From contig NW_027361727.1 in assembly GCF_039654945.1 (NCBI RefSeq), positions 3,906,001-3,970,000 of the forward strand: a DNA stretch of 64,000 nt, in the 5' to 3' direction. Numbering within the stretch: the stretch's first letter is position 1; each line of letters starts with the position of its first letter. The DNA is from Dendrobates tinctorius. Lineage: Eukaryota. This document shows positions 38,321 to 49,363 of the stretch, piece after piece. The notes below the pieces were generated by a model that had not been told where the DNA came from, did not search any database, and saw nothing but the letters and a program-made list of their open reading frames with translations. The position numbers were made by a program, and so were the translations under genes.

Positions 38321-38475
38321 CACTTGTGGTATTTGCAGTTCAGGAGTCCATTAAAGATCTCGCCCAGCGAGCTGACATGATGGAGGTTGTCCAGGATGAT
38401 GACGAGGGGCATGTCCACCGCGTTATTCTCGCTGTTGCACTGATCGGCAAGATTGGAGAGATACTGGCGCAGCTC
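38321..38475 (-). CDS. NAV2: NAV2 exon, Walker B-like motif (VIILDNLHH)
   Basis: 155 nt, phase 0-2, cag/gtaatg. Confidence 0.95.
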
Positions 38476-38584
38476 CTGGAGGACAACAGAATATTCCACG
38501 CTGTAGTAGGGTCTTTATGTAGGGATATGGGGTCCCACTGTAAGGCCACGCTGCAGTATTAATCCTTCCTGGGGGAGTTTTTAC

Positions 38585-38820
38585 CTTACTGGACTTGTGA
38601 TCCACATTGAAGGTGGCGATGACGCCGTCCGTCAGCTCTCGCCCCTCACGCAGCACCATGTACTCAGACAGACGATTAGCCAGATAGGTTTTTCCTGTCC
38701 CGCTAGGACCGGACAAGATAATCCTTCTATGCTCCATCAATAATGAGATGTATCGTTGTAATATCGGTCGAGGTATCAAAGTCTCAAACACCAGGCTGTC
38801 CAAGCTGCTCTCCGAGAGAC
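38585..38820 (-). CDS. NAV2: NAV2 exon, AAA+ ATPase Walker A (GPSGTGKT)
   Basis: 236 nt, phase 1-0, cag/gtaaaa; HRRIILSGPSGTGKTYLANRLSEY. Confidence 0.96.
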
Positions 38821-38966
38821 CTGACATAAACATAGGAAAGAAATCAATGCCACAAATGTCAAATAGACGCCAAGACTAAAACCGCTTCTAGGTCCTGGAG
38901 GAAGGAAACCTCCGCTCTGCCTAATGAAGGGGGATCCCAAGCAAGAAACCTCTCCTACACTCATAC

Positions 38967-39135
38967 CTTTTAATGAGACAGAAATGGTGTCGCTCTCCCC
39001 CACAAGGTAGCCGCAGGGGAGCAGCTCAGGGGTCCCTGCTGTGTTCGTCCGCTTGATCTCGCCGATGCTGTAACCAACAACGCTGTCCGAATTCAGCCCC
39101 AGTTGTGTTACTGGATCCACATGTACTAAATATTC
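38967..39135 (-). CDS. NAV2: NAV2 exon (EYLVHVDPVTQLGLNSDSV...ELLPCGYLVGESDTISVSLK)
   Basis: 169 nt, phase 0-1, cag/gtatga. Confidence 0.94.
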
Positions 39136-39220
39136 CTGCAAAACACAGAACAGCGGTCACAGCACCGGAGTGAAACATAGCAGTGAGCCCTCTTTTCTAA
39201 GATGTGGCCCCACACATTAC

Positions 39221-39316
39221 CTTGAACAATCTTCGGACGACGCCATCAAGAACGTCCCATTTGGTTTTGCCACCGACGCCGATGCACCCGATAAGGAAGA
39301 CACGAGGCCGGCATTC
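39221..39316 (-). CDS. NAV2: NAV2 exon (ECRPRVFLIGCIGVGGKTKWDVLDGVVRRLFK)
   Basis: 96 nt, phase 0-0, cag/gtaatg. Confidence 0.94.
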
Positions 39317-39611
39317 CTGCAGGAAGGGAGAGGAGACTGTGATGATAGGAAGAGGTAACAGTTCACATACAGGAAAGATGTATATCTTTGTACCGTAACA
39401 GTTCACAGTCACCATTCATCATGTTGACACTGGGTGGCGCTGCGTCCTAAAAAAATATCTATTTTTCTACAGAATTGTTTCTGTTGGACACTGGGATCCT
39501 CCATGAATGTGACTACTGGGAACATAGTGACCAGTTGAGATCCTGATAATGTAATACAATGAGCAGGGGTGTAGTATGTCGTGCACTGACATCTGTATAT
39601 GCATCACACAC

Positions 39612-39709
39612 CTCTCTCCACTTCATCTCCTCCACGAAGCTCACAACGATCTTCACATGGCGGCTCTCTCTGCGCATGGTGCCATCAGCCGAGTCATCTA
39701 GCAACATGT
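39612..39709 (-). CDS. NAV2: NAV2 exon (DMLLDDSADGTMRRESRHVKIVVSFVEEMKWRE)
   Basis: 98 nt, phase 1-0, tag/gtgtgt. Confidence 0.92.
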
Positions 39710-39864
39710 CTATAAGAGAAATGTGAAAAACGGATTATGTACCTTGGAGTCTGATGGAGAGACAAGACTAAATACATGACTCGTCACAGTGTCAGTGATG
39801 GCGAATAATGGGCAATCACATGGGTCACACATCAATAATAATACTACCTCTCCCCTGCACTTAC

Positions 39865-40024
39865 CTAGGCTGGAGGACTCAGTCATGGTCATCCCAGGCT
39901 GGGAGAATCCTAGGGAATGTCTTGGGGAAGAAGAGATGGAGATCTGAGAAGGCGTTCTGCTACAACTCCCTGGGTTTTCAGCCTTCAAGCGATCGTTTTC
40001 AGCTTTTAGCTTCTCGATTTCCAT
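39865..40024 (-). CDS. NAV2: NAV2 exon (MEIEKLKAENDRLKAE...TESSSL)
   Basis: 160 nt, phase 0-1, aag/gtaagt. Confidence 0.9.
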
Positions 40025-40815
40025 CTTAACACAAGAATAGAACATTAGTCCAATCATATAATGTGGTCGGTGGTGTCAGACTAGATGTCAGTCAGTGAAG
40101 GAAGCCATTATTATGGCATTGCTAGATACTACAGAAAATCTGCAAATGCACTACAAATCTCAGCAGTTTCACATTTTACTGCTGTTACATGTTCATCTCC
40201 CAGAAATAAAAAACGGTAAAAGAAATGTTCCAATTCTTTATAAATAAAACTGAAAAGTTCTGCAACAACATTTCTCACTTTCCCCAGATCTCCGCTTGCT
40301 GTCAGTGTGCAGCAATATCCCTGTTTACATCCAGGACCACGTTTACTAGACTTCTTGATTTGTTTCATTCTCGACAATCCTCTATGAGCTGAACAGACAG
40401 ACACATGGTAGCTGAACTGACACATTGAAGCAAATCCTCAGGACAGGAGAGGGATTTGTGCTGCTGATGTGTCTAGACCGGACACAGTGGGAATGACCCC
40501 TCGCCTGTGAGGAATAATAGATCTGCATTTCTTTTCCGCTTCTGGATGTAAACAGGATATTTTCATTCACAGACAGTAGGAGATCCAGAAGAGTCATGAA
40601 GACCTGAAGCATATTAGAAAAATGTGCAATTATTGATGTTTATTTACATGAGAGCAGAAGCTGCTTCCTCATCTACAGGCGAGATGTTGGGGGTAGTAGG
40701 GCTATCAAGTACGCAGTGTGCAACAAAGTAATGTAGGGGTGACTGCCACTGCATGGTCAGCACTGGTACTGCATGAGGCTGCGTGGTGCTGGTCTGCGGG
40801 GTCTTGGCTCCTTAC

Positions 40816-40969
40816 CTGCATTCTGTTCATGGCCTCGCGCAGTGTATCCAGCTGATGTGCCGAGCTCAAGGCTTCCAGTCGGATGTCGGTCAGCTTCATC
40901 TCCTTGTCGCGGAGCTCGTTGCGCAGCTGCAGAACGCTGTCGGCCTCATTTACGGAGCAGTCGGAGAGC
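40816..40969 (-). CDS. NAV2: NAV2 exon (...VLQLRNELRDKEMKLTDIRLEALSSAHQLDTLREAMNRMQ)
   Basis: 154 nt, phase 2-0, cag/gtaagg. Confidence 0.93.
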
Positions 40970-41840
40970 CTGTAAAGACAGTGTGAGGTTTATGGAGCCC
41001 ATCCAGCCAAAGGCACAATCTGCTGGCAGCCAGAGCAGCTTATAAATCCAATATATATTTTTAGAGAGAGTGGCGCTGCCAGGATGATCCAGATCCAAGC
41101 ATGTTATAACCAACAACCTCCGCGATCAGTGATGTGTCGCCAATATAACACGGTTTTGGCTACAAGGGGGGGGGTTGGTTTTATGGAGATAAAGCAGATT
41201 TGAGTGTCTCATTATGTCAACAGGTTCGCTTTCTTATAAGCCCAAATGGCACCAAACATCTTATGCCATAGGAGCCATCAGGGCTATTAATGCGGAAAGC
41301 GCAGCTCCCAGCCCAGCTCTGGCTGTCTCATCCTGCCCCCGTCAGGCAACTTTTTCATGGTGCAATGAAAAGTTCTGCTATTCTCTATGTTGTGTTTTTA
41401 TTCCCTGCCATTTTCCACATCTTTGCTTGATCTCAGTGAATGGAAACATTTCACAGACTGAAATTCATCGCCTAGTGATTGTATCTCTTTATAACAGCGG
41501 CTGTGCCCTCTGCGGACCCTCTGACGGCAGCCATCATGCTGTCACTTTGATAGCTTAAAAAAAAAATTCTGTCAAGTCTGATAGAAGAGTAGACGGAGGC
41601 TCCAAATGCAGCCTGTGACAGCAGTGTGAACAGAGCCGAAGGGTTCTTTACGTAACACCTATACCATTCCAGAAAAAGCCCCAACGCTGAGCTGCACGAG
41701 AGAAATATCGGTCTCCGACACTCATGGGTGCAGCATCTGTATCATCGCTTGTCCTGACAAGATCATGTGGATTTCTATAATTAACTTGTAATTGATCAAT
41801 TATGGCTTATCTGATAATTAAATGATTAACGGATTGTAAA

Positions 41841-42528
41841 CTACTCCAATTACCCGGACAGGCCAGAGCCAGGCGCTGGGCTTAGTGTCAAGATGGATGT
41901 AGTACAGAGCTCAGGAGGAAGGAACAACCTGTAGTCCATTAATGAGGGCATCAACCTCCCACTGTATAGTATAGAGAATATACATGTCATCCCCTGAGGA
42001 AGAAGTTTTTAACTTTGAAACGCGTTGGGAAATAAATGTTTTAAAGCACACAACTTGTGAGGAGTGATGGTCTGGCAGCGCACGGCTAATCCATAAAAAT
42101 TCCTTCTTTGAATCTACTCCAATTACCCGGACAGGCCAGAGCCAGGCGCTGGGCTTAGTGTCAAGATGGATGTAGTGCAGAGCTCAGGAGGAAGGAACAA
42201 CCTGTAGTCCATTAATGAGGGCATCAACCTCCCACTGTATAGTATAGAGAATATACATGTCATCCCCTGAGGAAGAAGTTTTTAACTTTGAAACGCGTTG
42301 GGAAATAAATGTTTTAAAGCACACAACTTGTGAGGAGTGATGGTCTGGCAGCGCACGGCTAATCCATAAAAATTCCTTCTTTGAATCTACTCCAATTACC
42401 CGGACAGGCCAGAGCCAGGCGCTGGGCTTAGTGTCAAGATGGATGTAGTGCAGAGCTCAGGAGGAAGGAACAACCTGTAGTCCATTAATGAGGGCATCAA
42501 CCTCCCACTGTATAGTATAGAGAATATA
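41841..42528 (+). repeat. 273-bp head-to-tail repeat (2.5 copies), with one type I hammerhead motif per full unit
   Basis: Units start at 41841, 42114 and 42387 and are nearly identical. Confidence 0.9.
41990..42030 (+). ncRNA. Minimal type I hammerhead ribozyme motif (second copy at 42263-42303)
   Basis: tccc-CTGAGGA-a-gaagtt-ttt-aacttt-GAAA-c-gc-GTT-ggga: stem I tccc/ggga, 6-bp stem II, palindromic stem III AACGCGTT; activity not shown. Confidence 0.7.
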
Positions 42529-42587
42529 GAGGGGTGCAATAATTGGGGTTCCCCTTGATAAGTCAAAGAATAGAGAAATTTTATATA

Positions 42588-44125
42588 CAGTTGTGCGCAA
42601 AAGTTTACATACCCCGGCAGAATTTTTGCTTTCTTGGCCTTTTTTCAGAGAATATGAATGATAACACCAAAACTTCTTCCCCACTCATGGTTAGTGGTTG
42701 GGTGACACCAATTATTGTCAAACTACTGTGTTTTCTCTCTTTAAATCATAATGACAACCCAAAACATCCAAATGACCCTGATCAAAAGTTCACATACCCC
42801 ATTTCTTAATACCGGGTATTGCCTCCTCTAACATCAATGACAGCTTGAAGTCTTTTGTTGTAGTTGTGGATGAGGTTCTTTATTTTCTCAGATGGTAAAG
42901 CTCCCCACTCTTCTTGTCAAAACGCCTCCAGTTCCTGTAAATTCCTGGGTTGTCTAGCATGAACTGCGCGCTTGAGATTTCCCCAGAGTGGCTCAATACA
43001 TTGCGGTCAGGAGATGGAGATGGCCTTTCAGAACCTTCACTTTGTTCTGCTGTAGCCAATGACAGGTCGACCTGACCTTGTGTTTTGGATCGTTGTCATG
43101 TTGGAACATCCAAGTACGTCTCACGCGCAGCTTCCAGGCTGATTCATTTTTCCTTCATCTTTAACCAAGTTTCCTCTGCCTTTGTAGCTCACATATCCCA
43201 AAACATCAGCGATCCACCTCCGTGCTTTACAGTAGGAATGGTGTTCCTTTCATCATAGGTCCTGTTGACCTCTCTCCAAATGTAACGTTTATGGTTGTGG
43301 CCAAAAAGTTCAATTTTGGTCTCATCACTCCAAATTTCCTTGTTCCAGAAGTTTTGAGGTTTGTCTCTGTGCTGTTTTGCATATTGTAGGTGAGATGCTT
43401 TGTGGCATTTGCGCAGTAATGGCTTTCTTCTGGCGACTCGACCATGCAGCCCATTTTTCTTCAAGTGCCTCCTTATTGTGCATCTTGAAACAGCCACACC
43501 GCTAGTTTTCATACATTCCAGTATTGCAGCTGATGTTATTTGTGGGTTTTTCTTTGCATCCCGAACAATTTTCCTGGCAGCTGTGGACATTTTTGTTGGT
43601 CTACCTGACCATGGTTTTGTTCTCACAAATCCCCTGATTTTCCATTTGTTAGTCACAGTTTGAACGCTGCTGACTGGCATTATCAATTTCTTGGATATCT
43701 TTTTGTATCCCTTTCCTATTTTATTCACAATTCAGAAACGTCAGTGGCTCGATGAAAGATGCAAGAGTCTGTTTGGATCCCAGAAACTCACTCAGTGTTT
43801 ATGCACACACACTGATTACAGGCAAACAGGTCACAGGTGAGGATGTTACCTTTAGTAACCAGTCAAACCCTTCTGTGTCAGCCTCTGTGCATGTTCTTAG
43901 GCCAAAATCACCAGGGTAGGTGAACTTTTGTTCAGGGTCATTTGGATGTTTTGGGTTGTCATTATGATTTAAAAAGAGAAAACACAGTAGTTTGAGAATA
44001 ACTGGCTTCACCGAACCACTAACCATGAGTGGAGAAAAAGTTTTGGTGTTATCATTCATATTCTCTGACAAAAAGCAAAGTAAGCAAAAATTCTACAAGG
44101 GTATGTAAACTTTTGAGCACAACTG
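42588..44125 (-). mobile_element. Decayed Tc1 element (IR/DR type)
   Basis: TIR cagttgtgc(g/t)caaaagtttacataccc; partial transposase ORF 43189-43728 (GRPTK, WSDETKIELFG, TVKHGGGS); C-terminal part deleted and frameshifted. Confidence 0.9.
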
Positions 44126-44399
44126 TCTATATACATATATATGTATATAATGTGCAATAATTGGGGTTCTTCTTGATAAATCAAAGAGGAGAGAAATTGT
44201 ATATATGATGGGTTACATTAGAGGACAGAATGTCCATATAATATAGTCTTCTCAAAGTTCTAGGAGGTCAATGGAAGTGAATCTGTTAATATCAGCATCC
44301 ATGTTGGTCTAGGACAGTAGTAGGGTTAATATTAGTATTTTTGATGGTTAAGCAGGGAAGGGATATTGTCTAATCCACACACTACCTTAAACCACTTAA

Positions 44400-44915
44400 T
44401 GTCAATATCTCTGGTAATCTAGAGCAATGAAGGAGTAATGTCAGAATCCTCGGTGTTCTAGAACAGTGAGGGACCCAATTCCAGTATCCCTGGTGGTCTG
44501 GGGTAGTGAGGGAACTAATTTCAGTATCCCTGGTGGTCTGGGGCAGTGAGAGAGTTAATTCCAGTATCCCTGGTGGTCTGGGGCAACGAGGGAACCAATT
44601 CCAGTATCCCTTGTGGTCTGGGGCAGTGAGGGGGCTAATTCCAGTATCCCTGGTTGTCTGGGGGCAGTGAAGGAGCAAATTCCAGTATCCCTGGTGGTCT
44701 GGGGCAGTGAGGGGGCTAATTCCAGTATCCCTGGTGATCTACGGCAGTGAGGGGGCTAATTCCAGTATCCCTTGTGGTCTGGGTCAGTGAGAGAGCCAAT
44801 TCCAGTATCCCTGGTTGTCTGGGGCAGTGAAGGAGCTAATTCCAGTATCCCTGGTGGTCTCAGGCAGTAAAGGAATCATTTCCAGTAACCCTGCTGGTCT
44901 GGGGCAGTGAGGGAG
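44400..44915. repeat. Minisatellite of about 40 bp (ttccagtatccctggtggtctggggcagtgag)
   Basis: About 12 copies ending roughly 30 bp from a NAV2 splice donor. Confidence 0.9.
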
Positions 44916-44947
44916 GATAATTCGTATAGTTGTGATTGGTCACTTAC

Positions 44948-45117
44948 AGGGAGCTGGACTGAGAGCTCCTCATGAGCGGAGTAGACAGAATAGTGTTATG
45001 TGGCAGCTTCGGTGATGACGGCAGCGAGGAATCGGTCATTTCCTCAATATCAGAATGGGAAGACGCAGATTTGGGCGACTTCTTCTTGCCAAAGGCTTGT
45101 TTAAAGGAGCTTCTCAG
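44948..45117 (-). CDS. NAV2: NAV2 exon (LRSSFKQAFGKKKSPKSASSHSDIEEMTDSSLPSSPKLPHN...)
   Basis: 170 nt, phase 0-2, cag/gtaagt. Confidence 0.93.
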
Positions 45118-45310
45118 CTGTAAGGAAAAAATGGTATATTGTCAGTAATAGACGAGGAGCCCGAGGCCGGGAGATGGAGCAAATAGACAATGACAGGAGG
45201 GGGATGGGATGAGCGACGGAGGTGAATGATGACTGTAAGGTGAAGAATGAGCCGGTGGTGGTGAAGATGATGTGATGACAGAAGGAGTGACGGAGGGCTG
45301 CAGACCTTAC

Positions 45311-45319
45311 CTCATTCAC
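45311..45319 (-). CDS. NAV2: NAV2 9-nt microexon (VNE)
   Basis: Minus strand reads cccag|GTGAATGAG|gtaag; it gives KNW-VNE-LRSSFKQAF, as I recall for human NAV2. Confidence 0.85.
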
Positions 45320-46919
45320 CTGGGATAAGCAAGCAGAAGGGAATAGGAGGGAAACAACAAGAAAACACAATTTAAACAGACAGGAAAATGCCATATGCAC
45401 CAAATACAAACAAATACGAACAGGAGGCGGGAGATTCAGCATGCCCTAACCTAGGAAATCTACGACACAGGGAGCGCTGCTCATACACACAATCTGACAC
45501 TAGACTGGTCAAAACCGATCATTAGAGGTCAGGGGCAATATCTGACTGATGTACTGCAGCCAGCACGGACCTGAAATGGCTGATAACAGGGAACGAAAGA
45601 TCGCAATCAACAACACAGGAAGTGGGGATACAATTTAGTGAACAATCCCCTCTCCACAAGTCCATTTTTAAAGCTCATCAATAAAGTGATTTCATGTCCG
45701 AGCGTCTCGCCATTACACAGAATGGCCTTGACCGGTACTGTCTGTCCTGGACGCTCGCACATTGCAGGGGTGCAAAGCCATGCTAGCTCATCAATTAGGG
45801 TCCCATCAGCAGGGCCCCCTGCAGTCAGTCTGGACCTAATCCTTTACAAGGGGTGGTTCTACAAAGAAAAAAAAATGTTTCTCTTCCAAATCTGTGTGTG
45901 AGCAGCGGAAAATGGTTAGAAGCAAGCAAATCAACACCAGGGTAGTAAGTAACTATGTGCAGGAAGACACAGTCTAAGTACTTAAAGGGAATGTGTCAGC
46001 TAAAACTGACAGTATAAACTTGTAGGGAATATACAGTACTTATAGTGCACCCTTGGAGTGGCTAAGAGGCTGGATGCACAGCTCCACCCACTGGTTTTGC
46101 ATGTCTCCGCCTCTCTCACTGGTAATTGACAGCACTGACTTGCCTACAACAAACACTGCCTGCAGAGAATGCTCAGGAAACCAGTGTGGTCAGTCACCAG
46201 GGAGGGGGCGGGGCATGCAAAACAAGTGGGCGGAACAATGCACTGAGCCTTTTGGTCACACCCAGGGTGCACAGAGCATCTTAATTTACATATTTTATTA
46301 AAGTTCAGTTTCTGCAGGACGGAGGCAGCGATTAGAGAACTAAAAGAGCAATTATTATAGGGGCAATATCCCCAACAAGGCTTTGTGCTTGGTTTATACT
46401 ATCAGTTTGGGGTGGACATACTCCCTTGAAGTTTATGGAGGAGGCTTATATACTTGTTACAGTACAGCAGTGTTTAATAAGATGTGACGTCTATCTGAGA
46501 GAGAGTCGGGAGGCCTCCATTCACATATGATTAATATCAGTGGCTTCTCAGCACTGGAGATATGTGATATATAGCAGCGACCAGGGAGCTGTGGAAATGC
46601 GCAGCAAGATGAGGACAACTGTACTGCGATACAGCAGCTGTCCCTTTAAGTAACAGCTAATTCTCAAATTGGTAATCCAAGACTAGATTTATAGAGAGAA
46701 AAACTAAAATGACAGCACAAGATGGCAGATATAGAGGCAGTGAGGATAGATTGGCTGCTCGAGGACTGGGCACCTCTCTGCTGAAATCTAAGATCAAATA
46801 TTCCAGTGCTCATGCCCCCAATGAACCAAGCCCCCCATTAAGACTGTGTGAGGGTGCATGACTGACAGCACACAGTCCCAGATCACCATCAGCGCCCATC
46901 TGACGCCCGCTCTACACAC

Positions 46920-47068
46920 CCAGTTCTTCCGGTTCTTTTTCTTTTTCGAGTCGCTTTCCACGTTGCTGCCCACGCTGGAGTGACTTGTGGCGCTGTTAAT
47001 GCTGGAGACACTATCAGATGAATGCTGCCGTCGGATCCGCAGGTCAGCTGATGGCGTCGTCCCATTTC
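46920..47068 (-). CDS. NAV2: NAV2 exon (GNGTTPSADLRIRRQHSSDSVSS...KKKKNRKNW)
   Basis: 149 nt, phase 1-0, cag/gtgtgt. Confidence 0.92.
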
Positions 47069-47442
47069 CTGTAGGGGAAAATAAATCTAATCTCTTTACT
47101 ATGCAAAAAACAACATATAACCATATAAAGAAATAGAGTGCTGGGACTTGTTGTTCCACCTTGCCCTAAGGTGTATTGATACTTCTAGCTGTGGTGCCTT
47201 TATCGGCACCATAGCACCACCTATAGGCCAGATACAGTCAAGACTTGGTATACAACACAAATGTTCCCCCTCAGAGGAATCTACAGAGAATGACTGTGGC
47301 CTGCTTATTTCTCGCCCGCTTTAGTCACCCCATTCCTAGACTGGAGCCATGGTTACACTGGTCTTACTCGCTCAGCAGATTGCATCAGGAATTACCTGGA
47401 GACAGAGGAGCCCGGGGGGGGGATGCGGCTGCCTATTATTAC

Positions 47443-47554
47443 CTTTGCAGCTGAGCTCCGGGGTGTTGATGACACCGTTAATGGCCGCCTGTGCCGCTGC
47501 GTTCTGCTTCTTCAGTTGGTCTATGGTTTTCTTTAACTCATTCAGCTCTGAATC
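47443..47554 (-). CDS. NAV2: NAV2 exon (DSELNELKKTIDQLKKQNAAAQAAINGVINTPELSCK)
   Basis: 112 nt, phase 0-1, cag/gtaata. Confidence 0.93.
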
Positions 47555-47663
47555 CTGAAAAGAAGAAAAAGAAAAAAACAAAGACGTAAAGATTCACGTG
47601 GCATTTACTGAGAGCTTATTGCTCTCCGGCGACAGCAGAACTACAACTCCCAACAGTGCTCAC

Positions 47664-47747
47664 CTTCTGTTCTGCCGACATGGTGATACTCTGCAGCCTG
47701 ATCGTCATGTTGCTCAAACTTTGCTCGAAGGCGGCCACGAGATGAGC
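47664..47747 (-). CDS. NAV2: NAV2 exon (AHLVAAFEQSLSNMTIRLQSITMSAEQK)
   Basis: 84 nt, phase 0-0, cag/gtgagc. Confidence 0.93.
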
Positions 47748-49363
47748 CTGGAATAAAGAATAAATGGCAGAATAAAGCGCCCCGCCATTTTATCAGTGAC
47801 CACAATGTCTGCGATCACGGTCGGCGGAGTTCTATCATTTGCTTCCCTGGCGACACGCGGCACCCGTAACGCACGTCCGTGACGCTGATCGCACATCCTT
47901 TTTGTGTAGACATAAGCTTGTTATCTACCTCCAGGACAGGAATGGCGAGATGATGTTACATTCTCAAAGAAAAATGCAGAAATTTCAGAAATATATTTAT
48001 TTTTATTCAGGGCGTGAAAAGTATTTTACTAAACACGGCTCAATGACTACAAGGTACAGAGAGGAGGTGGAGGGGAAAGTGTTACAGGTCAGGTTGTACC
48101 ACACACACACGAGGCCCCTACACGTGGAATGTGTGCGAGGCGCGGGAACGTCACCCACGCTCTCACACCTGGCCGCCATATTGGAACGGTACTGCTAGTT
48201 ATGATCCTTCCCTATCAGCACATCTGTGTCAACCGTTACTGCCTGGTATTTCAGGAAGGGGAGACTAATGTTCTTCAAATAAAAATATAGCAATAACTCC
48301 GGAAAGATTCCTGGCTCATGTGATCACTACTGCACTCTGCTGAGCTTGTGCTTGTACTAGAGCGGCAGTGCAAAGCATGGTGGACAAAAAACAGTTGGCT
48401 AAAGACCCCCATACACTTCAGACTAGTGTTGGCTGAACCTGTAGATATCGACGGGTTCAGCCGACATTGAAAGATGTATGGGGCCGCCGGACGACATATT
48501 GATTACGCATGTCTGATTTTGGGCTGCTGGTCATTCTCCTGGAGAATGTCGGCCGCTGTGTACATTAGCAAACACAGGAGCGCCGTCATTTAGTTGGAGT
48601 CACTGATTACCGTAGGTCGGCAATAGGAAATTCTTCTAAAGTGTTTTACAAAGAAAAAAACTTCAAATGATCCTTTTAATGACAGAGATCTTCTTTGAAC
48701 TCCTCCTGGTCACTAGTGATGCATATAAGATGGCACATACATTTTCTATACATCAAATAAGTCGGCGGGATAATATGGCGGATTCCCGTCCTATGAGTCA
48801 GTGCGGATGTGCTCTCTATGTATAGATGCGTCCGCCTGCCCTATAATAGAGGATCAGTGGAAAATGACGTGTGCGCCCCGCACTGGTACTTCTGTATAGC
48901 GGCACACGTAGGAAACACAAGAAACGGCATTCTCCACCCAGGGAACGTCACACGCTGCTTATTCACCTAAAACACGCTCATCAGACCGCGACATATCTGC
49001 AGCAAATCACTGTGCAAACATTTACTGAGAAAACAGCGAGACACAAAGAAGAGCCGGATGTGCGAGCTCTGCGCATTGTGCGCTAACACAACAAGTCCCT
49101 ATGGGGCGCTGGGGGAGTACGAGCTCTGCGCATTGTGCGCTAACACAACAAGTCCCTATGGGGCGCTGGGGGACTGCGCTCCCATCTGACCACTGGGCAC
49201 AGGCTCACACAGAAGATCATCGGCTCAGACAAGTCGACCAAAGGTGAAAAGGAGAGCCAAAAAAGGGTCCCAGACATCTTTATACTTAAAAGTGTGGCAG
49301 ACAACAGGGAACAATAGATTGTATCTGGGGGGGGGCTTACTGTGGCACAAGTGAATACAGATA

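Noticed and set aside
49060-49175. 58-bp direct duplication (also a pair of about 54 bp at 42534-42587 and 44152-44205)
   Set aside because: Simple local duplications with no further structure.
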